A stretch of DNA of 18,009 bases from positions 1 to 18,009 of the forward strand of contig JAVRLY010000015.1 of assembly GCA_031960885.1 (NCBI GenBank), in the 5' to 3' direction. This document shows positions 1 to 7,537 of the stretch, in pieces (position 1 is the stretch's first letter; every line of letters begins with the position of its first letter). The notes below the pieces were generated by a model. That model worked only from the letters and a program-made list of their open reading frames with translations, was not told where the DNA came from and ran no database searches. This DNA comes from Desulfurella sp. Its GTDB lineage: Bacteria; Campylobacterota_A; Desulfurellia; Desulfurellales; Desulfurellaceae. Position numbers and translations under genes: made by a program.

Positions 1-37
1 ATGCGCTTTCAAAACTAAAAGATTTATTATTTGACAT
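1..37 (-). CDS. 5' end of an uncalled gene running off the left edge (MSNNKSFSFESA...), probably co-transcribed with the TauE gene
   Basis: Minus strand reads GGAGGT(46-41)-TTT-ATG(37-35), starting 11 nt after the TauE stop (49-51). The frame is open to base 1. SD spacing is short and only 12 codons are visible, so the product cannot be assigned. Confidence 0.6.
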   Translation of the reverse strand, partial: MSNNKSFSFESA

Positions 38-48
38 AAAACCTCCAA

Positions 49-837
49 CTAATGTATTAGACCAAGCGTTCTTACAAACATATAAATGGCAAGAATAATT
101 ACAAAGTAAGAAAAAATGCGCCTTAAGTAGATAGTTTTTATTTTCTTTGCTATAATTACGCCAACCGCAATGCCAATAATTGCACCTATACTTATGTATA
201 TGGCTTTTATTATTTCAATAGAGCCAACTCCGCTTAATCTTGACAAAATACCCCAAAGACAATTTAGAGCTATGACAAGCAAACTTGTAGCTATAGCATC
301 TTTCATTGGAAAGTTGAGTATTAAAACGAGCGTTGGGACTATTAAAAAACCTCCACCGACACCAAAAAAACCTGTTAGCAAGCCAATACCAAAACCAGAT
401 AAAATAAACTTAACCCATGCACTAAGGCCTTTTACATTGCTAAGGCTGATAGCAGTTTGCAAGCTTTCTTTGCTTTTATATTCTTTTTGTTTTATCATTA
501 ATATGCCAATAATAAACATTAGTAGTGAAAATCCATACAATATGATCTTAGCGGGCAACAATGAATTTAGATATGAGCCTAAAAAAGCACCAAATATACC
601 TGCGATAGAAAATACAATAGAAATTTTCCAGTGGACAAACTTTTGTTTTCCCATCATGTATTGAATAGCCCCAGCTAAAGCACTTACACCTACAACTACT
701 AGACTTGTGCCTGTTGCAGAGTGTACATTCATCTTAAGCAAATATAGCAGTATAGGAATAGTTATAATTGAACCCCCAGCGCCAGTAAGACCAAGAGAAA
801 GGCCAATTACTATACCATATACTATTTCCATAATCAT
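49..837 (-). CDS. TSUP (TauE/SafE) family sulfite/sulfur-compound exporter
   Basis: About 260 aa, about 8 hydrophobic segments, with two copies of the family Gly-rich motif (GLSLGLTGAGGSIITIP and GLLTGFFGVGGGFLIVP). Start is ATG 837 or ATG 831. Confidence 0.9.
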   Translation of the reverse strand: MIMEIVYGIVIGLSLGLTGAGGSIITIPILLYLLKMNVHSATGTSLVVVGVSALAGAIQYMMGKQKFVHWKISIVFSIAGIFGAFLGSYLNSLLPAKIILYGFSLLMFIIGILMIKQKEYKSKESLQTAISLSNVKGLSAWVKFILSGFGIGLLTGFFGVGGGFLIVPTLVLILNFPMKDAIATSLLVIALNCLWGILSRLSGVGSIEIIKAIYISIGAIIGIAVGVIIAKKIKTIYLRRIFSYFVIILAIYMFVRTLGLIH

Positions 838-839
838 TT

Positions 840-867
840 ATAATAATTAATAATATTTTTTTGTCAA
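840..867 (-). promoter_or_regulatory. Putative sigma70 promoter for the TauE gene
   Basis: TTGACA (867-862), 16-nt spacer, TATTAT (845-840) on the minus strand. The AT-rich context lowers specificity. Confidence 0.55.
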
Positions 868-892
868 TATTTATTAATAATATTAGAAAAAT

Positions 893-921
893 TTGACAAT
901 TTTTGTTATATTTTATATTAT
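893..921 (+). promoter_or_regulatory. Putative sigma70 promoter for sqr
   Basis: TTGACA (893-898), 17-nt spacer, TATTAT (916-921). An SD-like AGGGGT (939-944) precedes ATG 951. Confidence 0.7.
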
Positions 922-950
922 AAATTATAATAATTTAAAGGGGTGTGCTT

Positions 951-2174
951 ATGAAACCAAAGATAGTGATTATTGGATGTGGTTTTGCAGGATTTGGCGC
1001 TTTTTATAGTTTTGTGAAAAAAATCAATAATAAAGTGGATATTATTGTTATAGACGCTAGTGTTTTTAGCCTATCTAAACCCATTTTGCCAGAAGTTGCT
1101 TTTGGAGAGAGGGCATTAAATGAAGCATTAATTCCCATTGGAAAATATATTGAAAAGTATAACCATACATTTATAAGAAAAGAGGTAAAACTAATAAAGC
1201 CAACGTTAAATGAGGTTATACTCGAAGACGATACTAAAATTAATTATGATTATCTTATAATAAGTACAGGCGCTATAAAGGATTATGATGCTATTGAAGG
1301 TTTTAGAGATTATGGTTACTCAATATGTGATTATACGCAAGCTCTTAGATTTTTAGATAGACGTGCAAGTTCGATTGGAAGAAATGTTGTAATAGGTGCT
1401 TGTTTAACAAAGTGGGGTAGTGCATCAACGATTAAAACGCTAGCAGCCCCATGTGAGGGTCCAATTGGTGAAATTATGTTTATGTTAGATTATTATTTAC
1501 GTAAACATAATAAAAGAAATGATACAAACATTACGGTATTTACACCAGGTGAAATATTTTTTGAAGATGTTGGCGATAAAGTTCATGCGGATATGGGACC
1601 AATCATTGAAAAAAGTAAGATAAATGTTGTAGTAAAAAAAATTCTCAAACGTATTGACAAAGAGTTTGTTGAGTTTGAAGATGGAACAAAACTTGATTGC
1701 GATATGGCAATTGTTATACCACCATATAAAGGACCTCAATTTTTAATTGATTCAAACATATCAGATGAAAGTGGTTTTATCCCAACCGACAAATACACAA
1801 GACATGTGGTTTACAAAAATATATTTGCATCAGGTGATGTTAATGCTATATCTATGCCTAAACTAGGCCATATTGCCGTAAAACAGGCTCATAGTGCAAG
1901 TAGCGTAATTATTAGCGAAATTACACAAAAACCCGACATTATAGAATTTAAACCAGAAATACTGTGCATCATGAATAGAGGGGAAGAAGCAACGCTGATT
2001 TTATCCGATTGGATGTATGGTGGAAAGATAGATCTAACATTTAGTGGCAAGATTCCAAAATTCATGAAAATGGCTTTTGATGCGTATTACTTTTATTCTC
2101 ATGGCCAAATGCCACCACGGTTGTCTGAAGAGTATTTAAATAAACTGTTGATATCATTTTTTAATAAAAAATAG
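951..2174 (+). CDS. sqr: Sulfide:quinone oxidoreductase (FAD-dependent), resembling type V/Acidianus-like SQR
   Basis: N-terminal GCGFAG Rossmann motif. YDYLIISTGA, GFIPTD and FASGD flavin motifs. Three Cys at SQR-type positions: YSICD, AAPCEGP, EILCIMN. PKLGHIAV motif. ATG 951 is preferred over GTG 945 by SD spacing. Confidence 0.85.
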   Translation: MKPKIVIIGCGFAGFGAFYSFVKKINNKVDIIVIDASVFSLSKPILPEVAFGERALNEALIPIGKYIEKYNHTFIRKEVKLIKPTLNEVILEDDTKINYDYLIISTGAIKDYDAIEGFRDYGYSICDYTQALRFLDRRASSIGRNVVIGACLTKWGSASTIKTLAAPCEGPIGEIMFMLDYYLRKHNKRNDTNITVFTPGEIFFEDVGDKVHADMGPIIEKSKINVVVKKILKRIDKEFVEFEDGTKLDCDMAIVIPPYKGPQFLIDSNISDESGFIPTDKYTRHVVYKNIFASGDVNAISMPKLGHIAVKQAHSASSVIISEITQKPDIIEFKPEILCIMNRGEEATLILSDWMYGGKIDLTFSGKIPKFMKMAFDAYYFYSHGQMPPRLSEEYLNKLLISFFNKK

Positions 2175-2200
2175 CTTTGTTTGGTAAGGAGTCAGCATAC

Positions 2201-2287
2201 TTGCAACCTTTACTAATTATATACTTGTTCGTTAACTTACTCAATCACGACAAAAAAAGGCTTAATAGACTAAAACCTAATCGTTAA
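2201..2287 (+). CDS. Candidate 28-aa small protein MQPLLIIYLFVNLLNHDKKRLNRLKPNR
   Basis: TAAGGAG (2185-2191) lies 9 nt before TTG 2201, with TAA at 2285-2287. Hydrophobic N-half and basic C-tail. No homology recognised. Confidence 0.25.
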   Translation: MQPLLIIYLFVNLLNHDKKRLNRLKPNR

Positions 2288-2327
2288 ATATGTTGGTACC
2301 TATATGGTAAAGTATAATTTTAAAAGC

Positions 2328-2356
2328 TTGCATTAGTTATTGCAGTATGATATAAT
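2328..2356 (+). promoter_or_regulatory. Sigma70 promoter (extended -10) for amidase-EamA
   Basis: TTGCAT (2328-2333), 17-nt spacer ending in TGA, TATAAT (2351-2356). ATG 2366 follows 9 nt later with no SD. Confidence 0.75.
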
Positions 2357-2365
2357 ATTTACTTA

Positions 2366-3844
2366 ATGTTAATTAGGGAATATGCAGATTTAGACGCTAT
2401 AGGTATTGCTCAGCTTATTTCGACAGGGCAAGTTAGCGCTTATGAGATATTAGAAACTGCAGTAGAGCGAATTGAATCAATTAATCCCAAAATTAATGCA
2501 GTTATCTGCGAATTTTACGATTTAGCCAAAAAACAACTAGATAAAGCCAATAAAAATGCTTTGTTATATGGTAGTGTAATTTTACTAAAAGATAGTTTGC
2601 ATGATTTAGAAAATACGTGTTCTACTATGGGCTCTATGTTATTAAAAAATAATGTTGCTAGAACTACATCTACGTTTGTTAAGCGACTAGTGGATGCTGG
2701 TTGTATTATAGTAGGCAAGACCAATGTACCTGAATTTGCTTTAATGGGTACTACAGAGCCAAAATTATTTGGACCTACAAGAAACCCGTTTAATTTAGAC
2801 TATTCAGCAGGTGGCTCAAGCGGCGGTTCAGCTGCTGCTGTTGCAAGCTCTATGGTGTGTGCTGCAACAGGCAACGATGGTGGTGGCTCGATAAGAATTC
2901 CATCTTCAATGTGTGGTTTATTTGGTTTTAAACCGTCAAGATATTTTACACCGCTTGGAAATGAGTTTTTTGATTATTGGATGGGTCATACAGTAAATCA
3001 TGTATTAACAAAAAGTGTAAGAGATAGTGCATTATTTTTAGATATTGAGTATGGTTTTGATGGTCCAATTTACTTTAAAAAACCTGTTAAGTCGTTTTAT
3101 GAAGAGCTCAATAAACCACTTGGTCAATTAAGAATAGCTGTTGATACACACTCAATTTTAGGAAAAGTAAATGATGAAATAGTTAGTTCAACACTAAAAG
3201 TTGCAAAAGAGTTAGAAAATTTGGGACACATTGTTGCGGAAGACAGACCAAAAATCGATTTTGAATCCCTTTATGATAGTTATATTGATTCAATGTTTGT
3301 TGAAATGTCTTTTTTGCTTGATTATTTAGAAAAAAAATTACAAAGAAAAATTACAGTAAATGATGTTGAGCCATCAAGTTATATTCTGGCAAAAATTGGC
3401 GATACGCTTCATTCGAAACTCAATATACAAATAAAACACTTATGGGATAAATCGTCCTATCAAATGCGGTGTTTTTTCGAAAATTATGATATTTACATGA
3501 CGCCTACATTTGCAGAGCCTCATATAAGACTAGGTATGTTGCTTCCTTCAACAATTGAGGAATTTGCAATAAAAACAATATCTACTCTAAACGGCGCCAA
3601 ATACTTAAAACAAATGGTTAAAAAAATAGCTTTAAAACAGCTAAGTGCTTTTCCGTTTACACAATTAGCTAATCAAACGGGTATACCGGCAATGAGTATA
3701 CCAGCTGGTATAAGCTCGCAAAATATACCACTTGGTGTTCAGTTAATGTCTGCTTATGCAAATGACCATATATTGCTTATGCTAGCCAAACAGCTAGAAG
3801 AAACTCCCACATGGTTCAAATATAAAGATTACTTAAGTATTTAA
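2366..3844 (+). CDS. Amidase signature family enzyme (not GatA-like)
   Basis: GKTNVPEF, GPTRNP, GGSSGGSAAAVA and DGGGSIRIP motifs. The Lys-cisSer-Ser triad is intact (K75, S151, S175). C-terminal PLGVQL. Confidence 0.92.
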   Translation: MLIREYADLDAIGIAQLISTGQVSAYEILETAVERIESINPKINAVICEFYDLAKKQLDKANKNALLYGSVILLKDSLHDLENTCSTMGSMLLKNNVARTTSTFVKRLVDAGCIIVGKTNVPEFALMGTTEPKLFGPTRNPFNLDYSAGGSSGGSAAAVASSMVCAATGNDGGGSIRIPSSMCGLFGFKPSRYFTPLGNEFFDYWMGHTVNHVLTKSVRDSALFLDIEYGFDGPIYFKKPVKSFYEELNKPLGQLRIAVDTHSILGKVNDEIVSSTLKVAKELENLGHIVAEDRPKIDFESLYDSYIDSMFVEMSFLLDYLEKKLQRKITVNDVEPSSYILAKIGDTLHSKLNIQIKHLWDKSSYQMRCFFENYDIYMTPTFAEPHIRLGMLLPSTIEEFAIKTISTLNGAKYLKQMVKKIALKQLSAFPFTQLANQTGIPAMSIPAGISSQNIPLGVQLMSAYANDHILLMLAKQLEETPTWFKYKDYLSI

Positions 3845-3846
3845 TC

Positions 3847-4707
3847 ATGCTATATATTGCATTTGTTTTATTGATTCTTGGGTGGTCATATACAGCTATT
3901 GTTACCAAAATAGCCTTAGACTACATCGGACCTTTTGAGCTTACTTTTTGGCGCGTGATTGTTGGTTTTGTTTTTTTATTTTTATTGACGGTTTTTACAA
4001 GAAAACTCGAAAAACCAAAGAGTTTAAAATGGGCTTTTTTATTAGGTTTATTCCAAAATGCTTTGCCTGTAATTTTCTATAATATTGCTTTGGTATACTC
4101 TTCTGCTGGTAAAGTAACGGTTTTAGGCTATATCATGCCTTTTTGGACAATATTATTTGAACGCATTATCCTTAAAACAAAGTTGGAGAAATTTAAATAT
4201 ATTCCCATTGCATTATCTTTTATTGGTTTAATTTTAATAATGCAACCGTGGCAATTTAGGGCAAGTATTTTAGGTTATTTATTTGCTATACTATATGGTA
4301 TTAGTTGGGGATTGGGCAATGTTATTTCTGTAATTATATGGAGAAAGTATCCTAGCTGGGATGTTTTTTCTCTTACATTTTGGCAAATGGTATTTGTTGT
4401 TATCATTGTTATCTTTTTCAATTTTTTTATACCATTTACAAAGCATACTCACACAAACAGCTACTTAATCTTTGCAATTTTATATACCGGTGTTGTTTCT
4501 ACAGCCTTAGCGTGGTTTTTGTGGATTTTGCTGTTAAAAAGATTACCAGCAAGTATAGTGGGTTTGTCGTCTTTGGCTGTCCCTGTATTTGCAATGATAG
4601 AATCTTACATTCAACTACACGAAAAATTCACTAAATTTGACATCTTTGGCGCTTTTTTAATTGTATTATCGCTTAGTCTTATATACTTGTATAATCTTAA
4701 TCGCTAA
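3847..4707 (+). CDS. DMT/EamA family transporter
   Basis: 286 aa, about 10 TM segments with a two-repeat EamA pattern (GPFELTFWR, YIMPFWT, STALAWFLW, LHEKF). Starts 2 nt after the amidase stop. Confidence 0.88.
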   Translation: MLYIAFVLLILGWSYTAIVTKIALDYIGPFELTFWRVIVGFVFLFLLTVFTRKLEKPKSLKWAFLLGLFQNALPVIFYNIALVYSSAGKVTVLGYIMPFWTILFERIILKTKLEKFKYIPIALSFIGLILIMQPWQFRASILGYLFAILYGISWGLGNVISVIIWRKYPSWDVFSLTFWQMVFVVIIVIFFNFFIPFTKHTHTNSYLIFAILYTGVVSTALAWFLWILLLKRLPASIVGLSSLAVPVFAMIESYIQLHEKFTKFDIFGAFLIVLSLSLIYLYNLNR

Positions 4708-5792
4708 ACAGTGCGTTCAACCTTTTTAAGCCACCCATTAGGGGCTTGTATTTTGCCTGTTTGAATGCCCGTGTAGTAATTATAAATTCTTTTTGAGTAT
4801 TCACCAATATTGCCATCACCTACGGTTAAAACGCTATTATCTTCAAAGACGTATTCACCAACGGGTGATACTACAGCAGCTGTTCCAAAACCACCTGCTT
4901 CTACAATTTCTTTTTGTTTAATTTTATCAATGAATTCGTCTAATGTTACCTTTTTCTGAATAACTTTGAGAGATAAGGATGCTTGCAGTTCTATGATTGA
5001 TTCAGATGTGATACTTCTTAAAATCGTGTCAGTAAACTCAGGTATTACAACAGTACCATCTTTTTCTATATGGTAATGATTCATTGCTCCGGCTTCTTCA
5101 ATATATTTGTTTTGTGCATCAAGATAAAGTACTTGACTTGCTCCAAATTTTTTTGCAAACTCACCAGCTCTAAGTGATGCTGCATAGTTTCCTGCTGCTT
5201 TTGATTCTCCTGTACCACCGCTAACTGCTCTATGGAATTGCTTTGTGATTAGTAGTCTAATGGGTTTTGTAAAACCACCAGGATAATAAGGACCGCTAGG
5301 TGAAAGTATAACTGCAAAACGATAAGATTTGCTTGGATGAACACCTAATGAATCTTCCGTTGCAAACATAAATGGCCTAATGTAGAGCGAAGCCCCTTCT
5401 TGAAGCGGAAACCATAGTCTATCTACATCAATTAATGCATGAATTGCTTTAATTTGAAATTCTTCATCGATACTAGGCATACACAAAATTTGAGCTGATC
5501 TATTTAATCTTGTAGCATTTTTATCTATTCTAAATGTATAGATTTCATTATCTTGATGCATAAATGCTTTTGCACCTTCAAAAAGCGCTTGACCGTAGTG
5601 CAGGGCAATGGCGCCAGGTGATATTGACAAAGGCTCGTATGGAACGATGCGTGCGTTTTGCCACTGTCCATCTTCATAATCTGCAATAAACATGTGATCT
5701 GTTCTTAGTTGACCGAATGGTAAATTTTGAGATGGCTTTAATGGTTCATTCCTTCTTTGGCTTTTTGGTTTTAAAAGATAAGCAATATTCAT
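4704..5792 (-). CDS. ilvE: Branched-chain amino acid aminotransferase (PLP fold type IV)
   Basis: LHYGQALFEGAKAF, LYIRPF, catalytic-Lys motif SKAAGNY, EEAGAMN, GTAAVVSPV. Start revised to ATG 5792, which has AAGGAG 7 nt upstream. The ORF track's TTG 5852 coincides with a -35 box. Confidence 0.95.
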   Translation of the reverse strand: MNIAYLLKPKSQRRNEPLKPSQNLPFGQLRTDHMFIADYEDGQWQNARIVPYEPLSISPGAIALHYGQALFEGAKAFMHQDNEIYTFRIDKNATRLNRSAQILCMPSIDEEFQIKAIHALIDVDRLWFPLQEGASLYIRPFMFATEDSLGVHPSKSYRFAVILSPSGPYYPGGFTKPIRLLITKQFHRAVSGGTGESKAAGNYAASLRAGEFAKKFGASQVLYLDAQNKYIEEAGAMNHYHIEKDGTVVIPEFTDTILRSITSESIIELQASLSLKVIQKKVTLDEFIDKIKQKEIVEAGGFGTAAVVSPVGEYVFEDNSVLTVGDGNIGEYSKRIYNYYTGIQTGKIQAPNGWLKKVERTV

Positions 5793-5823
5793 AACGCTAC
5801 TCCTTTTCAAATAATTACTCAAT

Positions 5824-5852
5824 TTTATATTACTTAATAAATTAAATGTCAA
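5824..5852 (-). promoter_or_regulatory. Internal sigma70 promoter for ilvE
   Basis: TTGACA (5852-5847, inside the last codons of the MBL gene), 17-nt spacer, TATAAA (5829-5824). Confidence 0.7.
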
Positions 5853-6834
5853 GCCTTATAAAACAATAAGTGTCATCTACCATAAACATTTTTGCTTTAT
5901 TTATTTCAACCAAATACAAAAGGTGAGCAATTGCTTCTGAATGTGCAAACCATTTTTGAGATATAGGAAAATCTTCCCAGTTTTTATACTTTATATCCCA
6001 ATGCATTTTTGATGCTATATAATACGCGTCTAAAGGTGTTTTTGCATCGAGCAAACCCAGTATTTCATTTAGTCTTTCTCTATGATGCTTTTTAAGCTCA
6101 TCTATTCTTTTTTGTAAATTTGTAAAAAGTTTTCTGTGGCCTGGCAATACTAGCTCAACATTTAGTTTATACACTTTATCCAAACTTTCCAAATACTGCT
6201 TGAGCGGGTTTTCATTTTCATACGCAGCAGATATATTTGGCGTTATATCATTTAACACATGATCAGATGAAAAAAATAATTTTTTGTATGGTTCATATAA
6301 ACATACAATGCCTTTTGTGTGACCAGGCGTTTTTATACATGATAAATTATAGTTACCGTAATTTAAGACTTCTTTGTCTTGAACAATTTGAACTTTAGCG
6401 TTAAGCGTGCCTCTAAAAGCATACTTATACCCCGGGTGTTTTTTTATTGCGTTTGTTAGAGAATCAATGGGAAAACCAAACTTTTTTGCATAAAGTGCCT
6501 CTTGATACCAAAACTCATCCCAATTTGTGCCAAGAATGTATGGCGCATCTTCTTCAGTAAAATAGACAGTTGAGCTACTTGTAGCTAATTTTCCAATCAA
6601 TCCACTATGGTCTGCATGCATGTGTGTTATAAAAAAATCAGTATTTTCTAAATCAATATTTAATTCTACAAAAGCGGTTTTTAGTACTTCTTCGCATTCC
6701 GGTCTATCCATACCAGTATCAATTACTAAGTTTCTTTGGCCTTTTATGATATATGAGTTTATTGATCTTAGCGGATTTTGAGGTAGAGGGACCACAACCT
6801 TGTAAATATTGTCTGAAATAAGCTCAATATCCGT
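5842..6834 (-). CDS. MBL-fold metallo-hydrolase with C-terminal helical/winged-helix-like extension; probable start ACG 6834 (ORF track uses GTG 6795)
   Basis: THMHADH (HxHxDH), IDTG, TPGHT, SSDH and LPGH metal-ligand motifs. The frame stays open upstream of 6795 as (ACG)DIELISDNIYKVVVPLP, with GGAGG 6 nt before ACG. Confidence 0.88.
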   Translation of the reverse strand, partial: TDIELISDNIYKVVVPLPQNPLRSINSYIIKGQRNLVIDTGMDRPECEEVLKTAFVELNIDLENTDFFITHMHADHSGLIGKLATSSSTVYFTEEDAPYILGTNWDEFWYQEALYAKKFGFPIDSLTNAIKKHPGYKYAFRGTLNAKVQIVQDKEVLNYGNYNLSCIKTPGHTKGIVCLYEPYKKLFFSSDHVLNDITPNISAAYENENPLKQYLESLDKVYKLNVELVLPGHRKLFTNLQKRIDELKKHHRERLNEILGLLDAKTPLDAYYIASKMHWDIKYKNWEDFPISQKWFAHSEAIAHLLYLVEINKAKMFMVDDTYCFIRLDI

Positions 6835-6835
6835 C

Positions 6836-7537
6836 TTATGCCTCCCCTAAATAGCTCTTTCTTACGTCTTCATTTAATAATAAATTTTCAGCAATATCCT
6901 CCATAGCGATTTTACCAGTTTCAAGCACATAACCGTAATGAGCAATTTTTAGAGCCATTGCAGCGTTTTGTTCTACAAGTAAAATTGTCATGCCTTCTCT
7001 GTTTAGATGCTGTATAATCTCAAAAACTTCTTGAACAATCTTTGGAGCCAAACCTAGGGATGGCTCATCAAGCATTAAAAGCGATGGTTCGCTAATAAGC
7101 GCTCTGCCAAGTGCAAGCATTTGTTGCTCTCCACCAGAGAGTGTTCCAGCATATTGTTTGGCGCGTTTTTTTAAAATAGGGAACGTCTGAAAAATTTTTT
7201 CAAATTTTTCATCCAACATTGAACTAGGTTTGTTGAATGCGCCTATTCGCAGGTTTTCTAATACTGTTAAATTAACAAAAACTTTTCTGCCTTCTGGTAC
7301 TAGTGCAATACCTCTTTTTATTCTTTGATATGTTTTTTCTTTTGATATATTATGTGACAAAAAATAGATTGAGCCATTAGATGGCACAAGGCCTACTATA
7401 GATTTTAGTGTACTAGTTTTTCCTGCACCATTTGGGCCAATTAATGTAACAATTTTACCTTCTGGAACATTAAACGATATATTATTGACTGCATGAATGA
7501 GTTTATAATAAATATTTAAATTTTCAATTTTTAACAT
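6836..7537 (-). CDS. livF: HAAT (branched-chain amino acid) ABC transporter ATP-binding subunit LivF
   Basis: Walker A GPNGAGKT, VPEGR, LSGGEQQML signature, LDEPSLGLAP, LLVEQN. ATG 7537 (MLKIENL) preferred over GTG 7546. Confidence 0.93.
   Translation of the reverse strand: MLKIENLNIYYKLIHAVNNISFNVPEGKIVTLIGPNGAGKTSTLKSIVGLVPSNGSIYFLSHNISKEKTYQRIKRGIALVPEGRKVFVNLTVLENLRIGAFNKPSSMLDEKFEKIFQTFPILKKRAKQYAGTLSGGEQQMLALGRALISEPSLLMLDEPSLGLAPKIVQEVFEIIQHLNREGMTILLVEQNAAMALKIAHYGYVLETGKIAMEDIAENLLLNEDVRKSYLGEA

Noticed and set aside
31..60. Plus-strand TTGACA (31-36) as an antisense promoter into tauE
   Set aside because: No good -10 at 17 nt (best is TATTAG at 18). The hexamer is explained by the ATG TCA A start of the minus-strand gene.
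170..664. 164-aa plus-strand ORF antisense to tauE
   Set aside because: Shadow frame of a hydrophobic Gly-rich membrane gene (its Pro/Lys/Ile bias mirrors Gly/Phe codons). No SD and no recognisable motif.
2183..2305. GGTAAGGAGTCAGCATA as a possible IS1-like terminal repeat or MITE end
   Set aside because: The best inverted partner (near 2289-2305) matches only about 9 of 17 positions. No target duplication or transposase fragment.
1497..2724. Antisense ORFs 1497-1739 and 2515-2724
   Set aside because: Short, fully inside sqr and the amidase gene on the opposite strand, with no motifs.
4380..4634. Alternative-frame Cys-rich 84-aa ORF inside the EamA gene
   Set aside because: The Cys/Tyr richness is the expected frameshift read of GTT/ATT/TTT hydrophobic codons. 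No SD.
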